Shown piece after piece: positions 58,724-64,000 of a stretch of 64,000 bases of DNA. A program made the translations under genes and the position numbers. Below the pieces are notes generated by a model. That model saw only the letters and a program-made list of their open reading frames with translations. It had not been told where the DNA came from and did not search any database. The number at the start of each line of letters is the position of its first letter. Position 1 is the stretch's first letter. The stretch comes from Bacteroidia bacterium (GTDB lineage: Bacteria > Bacteroidota > Bacteroidia > Bacteroidales > VadinHA17): positions 478 through 64,477 of the forward strand of contig JAPLDX010000055.1 of the NCBI GenBank assembly GCA_026391215.1, written 5' to 3'.

Positions 58724-60058
58724 ATGACAGAACAGAAAAATACGCAAGCAGTTGGTATGGCCTTTATGGGAATGATATTCTTCCTGTTTGGGTTCGTTAC
58801 AACTTTCAACATTACGCTGGCTGATAAGTTCAAGGCAGTTTTTGACCTTTCAAACTTTGCAGCCCAGCTGGTTAACGGTGCCTTTTTCTTTACATACTTT
58901 GTTCTCTCTTTTGCTGCAGGTAGCATTATCAAGAAGATAGGATATAAAAGTGGCGTGATTCTTGGCTTATTGCTCGTGGCATTAGGCAGCTTTTTATTCT
59001 ATCCTGCTGCCAAGGCACTCTCTTTCCCGTTCTTTTTATTTGCCATCTTTGTCATGGCCGGTGGAGTCGTATTTCTGCAGGTTGCTGCAAATCCCTATGT
59101 TACCGCCCTGGGACCTTCAGAAACTGCCTCAGGCAGGCTGAACCTCACCCAGGCCCTTAATTCAATAGCAACTTACATTGCACCCATCATTGCCAGTGTA
59201 TTTGTTTTCAAAGCCGCATCAAATGCACTAAGTGCTGCTGATGCTGCCAAATCAGTTCCGACTCCATTTCTGATTATAGGTGTCGTTGTCATTATTATAG
59301 CAATTGCTGTATATCTTTTGAAACTGCCGGTAATCCCTACTCAGGGTGAAGAAAAGAAAAGCATCTGGAAATATCCTCACGTAATACTTGGAGCTTTGGG
59401 TATCTTCTTCTATGTAGGTGCCGAAGTTGGTAGTGCAGCAATGCTCCAGAGATATTTCCAGGAAGCTCTTGGCATGGTACAATCGAAAGCTGCGATGATG
59501 ATCGCTCTGTACTGGGGCGGCGCTATGGTTGGCAGGTTCTATGGATCTTTCATGCTGTCAAATACTACCAGGTCAAAGAAATATCTCTATACAGGTTTGG
59601 TACTGTTACTTGCCCTGTTCGTTGGATGGTTTGTAAGACGCGAGATAACAGATGGTTTGATTTTCGCAGGTATTGCACTTGTAAACTATCTGGCTATGCA
59701 GCTTGGCAAAGGAAAAGCAAACAGGTCGCTGGCAGTCTTTGGCATGATTGCAGCACTTCTTCTGGTTGTCGTTATAATCGCAAACGGCCCGATAATTCTG
59801 TGGCTTGGTTTATCAATCGGTTTCTTCAACTCAATAATGTTCCCTAACATTTTTGCATTAGGTGTTGACGGGCTGGATAAAGGCGAACTCAGCATGGCCT
59901 CAGGAATAATTAATACACTGATAGTCGGTGGAGCAATAATACCTGTTCTGATGGGTGTTATGGCTGATGGTCTGGGTGTCAGGTTTGCATTTATTCTCCC
60001 GATAATCTGTTACCTGTACATTGTATTCTATGCACTGGTGGGGAGTAAACATAAATAA
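58724..60058 (+). CDS. MFS sugar transporter, FucP/GluP (glucose/galactose or fucose:H+ symporter) family
   Basis: 12-TM-type hydrophobicity. LQVAANPYVTALG and RLNLTQALNS are family motifs. Lies upstream of galK. Confidence 0.85.
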   Translation: MTEQKNTQAVGMAFMGMIFFLFGFVTTFNITLADKFKAVFDLSNFAAQLVNGAFFFTYFVLSFAAGSIIKKIGYKSGVILGLLLVALGSFLFYPAAKALSFPFFLFAIFVMAGGVVFLQVAANPYVTALGPSETASGRLNLTQALNSIATYIAPIIASVFVFKAASNALSAADAAKSVPTPFLIIGVVVIIIAIAVYLLKLPVIPTQGEEKKSIWKYPHVILGALGIFFYVGAEVGSAAMLQRYFQEALGMVQSKAAMMIALYWGGAMVGRFYGSFMLSNTTRSKKYLYTGLVLLLALFVGWFVRREITDGLIFAGIALVNYLAMQLGKGKANRSLAVFGMIAALLLVVVIIANGPIILWLGLSIGFFNSIMFPNIFALGVDGLDKGELSMASGIINTLIVGGAIIPVLMGVMADGLGVRFAFILPIICYLYIVFYALVGSKHK

Positions 60059-60091
60059 AGACATACACTGTCAAAATAAATACTGATTAAA

Positions 60092-60135
60092 AGAGGCCGT
60101 CTCATTTCCTATTTTGAGGCGGCCTCTATTTATTA
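60092..60135 (+). terminator. Intrinsic terminator after the first MFS transporter gene
   Basis: 12-bp stem agaggccgtctc/gaggcggcctct (one G-U pair) with a 12-nt loop, followed by atttattatt. Confidence 0.6.
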
Positions 60136-60190
60136 TTACCTTACAATTACTATTTTTACATTTAATCTTAAACCATCAAAATCAATTATT

Positions 60191-61474
60191 ATGGCAACAG
60201 CAGAAAACCTTATCGCTAAGATTAATAACGGTGACAACAAGGCTTTCCGGGAATTGTACGGTAATGATCCGGCTGAATTGAAACGGAATGCAAAAAGATA
60301 CGCTGATCTTCTGAAGCAGTTCAATAGTGAATTTGGCTTTAGTGATCCCGAGTTTTTTAGTTCTCCGGGCCGAACAGAAATCGGTGGCAATCATACAGAT
60401 CATAACTGGGGCCGCGTGCTTGCCGGTGCAGTTAATCTGGATAATGTGTCTGTTGCAGCCAGGAACAATACCAATACTATTCGTATCCTGTCGGAAGGCT
60501 ACCCCAGATTTGAGGTAGATCTGTCAAATTTAAAACCTGAAAAGAGTGAACTCTTTTCTTCAGCCGCCCTTGTAAGGGGTATCTGTTCCCGTTTTAAAGA
60601 ACTCGGTCATGCTATCGGAGGTTTTGATGCATGTATCGATGGAGGTGTGCCAAAAGGTTCAGGATTAAGCTCCTCAGCTTCTTTTGAAGTGCTGATTGGA
60701 GCTATCCTCAGTGAGCTTTTCAATAACGCTAAGGTAGATCCGATTCAGAATGCAATCATTGGACAATACTCTGAAAACAACTATTTTGGCAAACCCTGTG
60801 GTTTGATGGACCAGACGGCATGTGCCATGGGAGGTCTGATTACCATTGATTTCAAAGACCCTGCAGAACCTGTCGTAAAGAAAGTGGATTTCGATTTCGT
60901 CGCTACAGGCTTTTCACTTGTTATTACTGACACTGGAGGAAACCATGCTGACCTGAACGATGAATATGCTTCCCTGCCTATTGATATGAAAGCTGTTGCT
61001 TCTGAACTCGGAGCCAAGGTCCTTCGACAGGTAAGCCTTGATCAGGTAATTGAGATCATTCCTAAAATCCGTGGAAAAGTAGGTGACCGCGCTATACTTC
61101 GTGCTATTCACTTCCAGGGAGATAACCAGCGTGTAGTGGATCAGGTGGCTGCACTTGAAAGAAATGACTTCAAAGCATTTCTTAGGATGGTTGTCGATTC
61201 CGGATTCAGCTCCTATATGTACAACCAGAATATTTATCCGGTCAATAATATCAGGGAACAGGGAGTCTCTCTTGCCCTTGCTCTGAGTGAGCTTGTTCTG
61301 AAAGGAGAGGGCGCCTGGCGTGTTCACGGAGGAGGATTTGCTGGTACAATACAGGCATTTGTACCACAAAGTCTGCTTGACAAATATGTCACTACAATTG
61401 AGCATGTTTTTGGAAAAGATTCTTGCCGGAAACTGTTTATAAGACACCAGGGAGCAGGGATAGTGAAGCTGTAA
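60191..61474 (+). CDS. galK: Galactokinase
   Basis: GRTEIGGNHTDHN galactokinase signature and the GHMP motif PKGSGLSSSASFEV. Confidence 0.9.
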   Translation: MATAENLIAKINNGDNKAFRELYGNDPAELKRNAKRYADLLKQFNSEFGFSDPEFFSSPGRTEIGGNHTDHNWGRVLAGAVNLDNVSVAARNNTNTIRILSEGYPRFEVDLSNLKPEKSELFSSAALVRGICSRFKELGHAIGGFDACIDGGVPKGSGLSSSASFEVLIGAILSELFNNAKVDPIQNAIIGQYSENNYFGKPCGLMDQTACAMGGLITIDFKDPAEPVVKKVDFDFVATGFSLVITDTGGNHADLNDEYASLPIDMKAVASELGAKVLRQVSLDQVIEIIPKIRGKVGDRAILRAIHFQGDNQRVVDQVAALERNDFKAFLRMVVDSGFSSYMYNQNIYPVNNIREQGVSLALALSELVLKGEGAWRVHGGGFAGTIQAFVPQSLLDKYVTTIEHVFGKDSCRKLFIRHQGAGIVKL

Positions 61475-61491
61475 CTATAATATTATCAATT

Positions 61492-62544
61492 ATGAATATA
61501 ATCCCGGAAGAATCATTTAAGGGAGTGCATAACGGTAAAGCTACCAGTCTGCACACGCTTAGGAATAAGAACGGCATGATTGCCCAGGTCACAAACTATG
61601 GTGCTATCCTTGTAAGCTTATATGTCCCTGACCGAAAAGGTAAGCTGGATGATATTGTCCAGGGGTATGATACGATCAGTGAGTATATCAATGGAAATGG
61701 ACCTTATATGGGCGCAATATGCGGCCGTTGCGCTAACCGTATTGCAGGCGGAAAATTCACTCTGCTTGGCCAACAGTATTCTCTTGCAGTGAATAATGGA
61801 CCTAACCATCTTCATGGCGGAATTACAGGATTTAACAGGGTGGTCTGGGATGTAACAAAATCTTCTCCCTCCAGGCTACAGCTGGTGTATCTTTCAGCTG
61901 ACGGAGAAGAAGGTTATCCAGGGAATCTCAGGGTTTCAGTCAAATATACACTAACAGATGAGAACGAGCTAAGGCTTGATTTCTCTGCATCTTCGGATAA
62001 AACGACCATAGTTAACCTGGCAGGTCATTCTTATTTTAACTTATCGGGAGAAGGGTCCGGAAGTATATATGATCATGAATTAATGATTAACGGCTCATTT
62101 TTCACCCCTACTGATGAGACTAATATTCCTTCCGGCGAGATCCGTCCGGTAAAAGGAACACCTATGGATTTTACCACTTCACATAAAATTGGAGCATCTA
62201 TTGATCAGGATGACATCCAGTTGAAATATGGTGCAGGATACGACCATAACTGGGTATTAAACCATCGCACAGGTACTATTGGACTTGCTGCCGTTGCTCA
62301 TGACCCTGAATCAGGACGTGTAATGGAAGTATTAACAACACAACCCGGAGTACAGCTATATACAGCCAACTGGATAGATAATGAGAAAGGAAAAGGCGGT
62401 AAAAAATACCAGCGGCGCTGTGCATTCTGCCTCGAAACCCAGCATTTCCCGGATGCAGTGAATAAACCTCATTTTCCTTCCACTATTCTGAAACAGGGAA
62501 AGGAATACAGGCATAGCTCAGTATATAAGTTCAGTGTTAAATAA
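61492..62544 (+). CDS. galM: Aldose 1-epimerase (galactose mutarotase)
   Basis: GRCANRI, NGPNHLHGG, GYPGNL, HSYFNL and FCLETQHFPD. The start was trimmed to MNIIPEE. Confidence 0.9.
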   Translation: MNIIPEESFKGVHNGKATSLHTLRNKNGMIAQVTNYGAILVSLYVPDRKGKLDDIVQGYDTISEYINGNGPYMGAICGRCANRIAGGKFTLLGQQYSLAVNNGPNHLHGGITGFNRVVWDVTKSSPSRLQLVYLSADGEEGYPGNLRVSVKYTLTDENELRLDFSASSDKTTIVNLAGHSYFNLSGEGSGSIYDHELMINGSFFTPTDETNIPSGEIRPVKGTPMDFTTSHKIGASIDQDDIQLKYGAGYDHNWVLNHRTGTIGLAAVAHDPESGRVMEVLTTQPGVQLYTANWIDNEKGKGGKKYQRRCAFCLETQHFPDAVNKPHFPSTILKQGKEYRHSSVYKFSVK

Positions 62545-62553
62545 TTACAAATA

Positions 62554-62587
62554 GGTACAACGGTGCAACGGTACAATGGTACAACGG
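62554..62587 (+). repeat. Tandem octamer repeat (GGTACAAC) x4, the reverse complement of the unit at 10443-10477
   Basis: ggtacaac ggtgcaac ggtacaat ggtacaac gg read directly, 10 nt after the galM stop. Confidence 0.9.
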
Positions 62588-62594
62588 CATTAAA

Positions 62595-62611
62595 AACCAG
62601 CAACCAGCAAC
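62595..62611 (+). repeat. Short tandem heptamer repeat (AACCAGC) x2 plus a partial unit
   Basis: aaccagc aaccagc aac, immediately after the octamer array. Confidence 0.7.
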
Positions 62612-62647
62612 AATTAATTTATAATCATTAACTAATAACCAGATAAT

Positions 62648-63859
62648 ATGACAACCGAAAAAAGCAACAAGTATTTGTTCCCTCTGATAGTGATGGCCTC
62701 TATGTTCTTCCTGCTTGGCTTTATCACTACCATGAATAATTCACTGATTGATTACCTGAAAAATGCATTCAATCTGAATGAAGTTGAAAAACAGCTTCCA
62801 AACACCTTCTTTTATGGGGCTTACATTCTTTCAATCCCTGTGGGTTATCTTCTGAACCGTATAGGCTACAGGTGGGGAGTGCTCAGCTCACTCGCACTTA
62901 TTGCACTAGGATTCTTTTTATGTATACCTGGGGTGGCTGCAGGGTACTATGGTTTCCTGAGTGCTGTCTCAGTTTTTGCTATTGGTGTTGTTATACTTCA
63001 GGTAGCTGCTAATCCTTATGTTAACGCTCTTGGTACTCCTGAAACAGCTGCAAGCCGTCTGACTCTTACCAACGCGCTCAACTCACTGGCAACTGTAATT
63101 GCACCGCTTTTTGTGTCAATGCTGATAGTTTCATCAAATACCGGTGGAGCAGCTGATCCAAAAGCTGTCCAGGGTCCGTTTGCAGGGATAGGAATTGCTA
63201 CCCTGGTGATCGTGGTCATAATGTTCTTCATGAAGCTGCCTGAGATTAAAGAAGGAGAAGCTTCAGAAGGAGGAGCAGTAAAACAATATAAGTCAAGTGC
63301 ATATAAATATTCTCATATGTGGCTTGGTTCGCTGGCAATCTTTTTCTATATGGGAGTTGAGATAGGTATTCCCAGCTTCTTCGCCGATTATTCGGATAAA
63401 CTGGGATTCACTTTCGATGGCGATATGCGTACAAGACTGCTGGCATATTACTGGGGTGGATTAATGGTTGGTCGTATAGCAGGCATTTTTATACTACGCA
63501 AATATTCTGCCCGTAAGATACTCAGTTTCAATGCGGTTTTTGGAGCCTTTATGTTGTTGCTGTCTATTGTTCTTGGAACCATGGGTTTAAGCAGGATTGC
63601 CCTAGTATTGTTCCTTGGGACAGGACTCATGCATTCTATTATGTGGCCTTGTATATTTAACCTTTCACTTGAGGATCTTGGTCCTCATTCAAAAGTAGGT
63701 TCGGGTGTTATAGCAACCTCAGTTATAGGAGCTGCAATACTTCCAATAATCATGGGAGGTATTCAGAGGGGTGTTGGTCTTATTTTGGCTATCTGCTGCC
63801 TGTTTATATACTATGCCTATATTACTTTCTTTGCCGTGAAAGGATCGAAAATACGGTAG
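62648..63859 (+). CDS. MFS sugar transporter, GluP/FucP family (paralogue of 58724-60058)
   Basis: LQVAANPYVNALG and RLTLTNALNS, with hydrophobicity like the first transporter. Confidence 0.85.
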   Translation: MTTEKSNKYLFPLIVMASMFFLLGFITTMNNSLIDYLKNAFNLNEVEKQLPNTFFYGAYILSIPVGYLLNRIGYRWGVLSSLALIALGFFLCIPGVAAGYYGFLSAVSVFAIGVVILQVAANPYVNALGTPETAASRLTLTNALNSLATVIAPLFVSMLIVSSNTGGAADPKAVQGPFAGIGIATLVIVVIMFFMKLPEIKEGEASEGGAVKQYKSSAYKYSHMWLGSLAIFFYMGVEIGIPSFFADYSDKLGFTFDGDMRTRLLAYYWGGLMVGRIAGIFILRKYSARKILSFNAVFGAFMLLLSIVLGTMGLSRIALVLFLGTGLMHSIMWPCIFNLSLEDLGPHSKVGSGVIATSVIGAAILPIIMGGIQRGVGLILAICCLFIYYAYITFFAVKGSKIR

Positions 63860-63886
63860 TTGAAATTTCATAACACTCATATTACA

Positions 63887-64000
63887 ATGAATCGTAGAAA
63901 ATTCATCGAAACTTCCGGTGCGGCAGCAGGAGCTGCTGTTCTTGGAAAAGTAAACCCTCCTTTGAAGGAAAAGATCGGTACCTCAGGTATTAACTCTGGA
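63887..64000 (+). CDS. Partial CDS (5' end) with twin-arginine signal; product unknown
   Basis: MNRRKFIETSGAAAGAAVLGK is a canonical Tat-type RRxFxxxS/A-rich signal. The ORF runs off the window. Confidence 0.45.
   Translation, partial: MNRRKFIETSGAAAGAAVLGKVNPPLKEKIGTSGINSG

Noticed and set aside
60914-61447. 177-aa minus-strand ORF inside galK
   Set aside because: It is antisense to a gene with clear galactokinase and GHMP motifs, and the shadow frame has no motif of its own.

Overview
Dense, mostly housekeeping chromosomal segment that looks like a Bacteroidota genome. This is inferred from the AT-rich composition with rare GC-rich hairpins, exact TAnnTTTG -7 promoter boxes upstream of many genes, a T9SS C-terminal sorting domain, SPOR-amidase/MlaD/LptD-like envelope genes and FucP/GluP-galK-galM sugar genes. 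I call about 51 protein genes by eye from motifs; no homology search was possible. They include dnaA, recF plus a DUF721/DciA-like gene, dnaX, ligA, secA, ffh, argS, folD, rpsF-rpsR-rplI, ribH, ndk, dapA, aroE and truA. I saw no rRNA, tRNA, CRISPR array, transposase or integrase. Items most worth a second look: (1) an AmmeMemoRadiSam locus where the Memo/AMMECR1 genes are fused and carry a signal peptide, the radical SAM enzyme has a Tat-like N-terminus, and an 807-aa polytopic membrane protein with a degenerate spermidine-synthase-like domain is inserted; (2) a YhcC/TIGR01212-type radical SAM gene translationally coupled between AddA-like and AddB-like helicase-nuclease genes; (3) an E. coli-type A-AAA-AAG slippery site within an A10 run in dnaX, with immediate stops in both alternative frames; (4) a pentapeptide-repeat beta-helix fused to a 2-TM K+ channel; (5) a 587-aa unknown protein with a transglutaminase-like Cys motif, in an apparent operon with ndk; (6) an 8-bp tandem repeat family (ACCGTTGT/GGTACAAC) at two loci in opposite orientation; (7) GC-rich clamp hairpin elements; and (8) an orphan terminator with a possible small ORF. 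Several ORF-track N-termini look over-extended and were trimmed.
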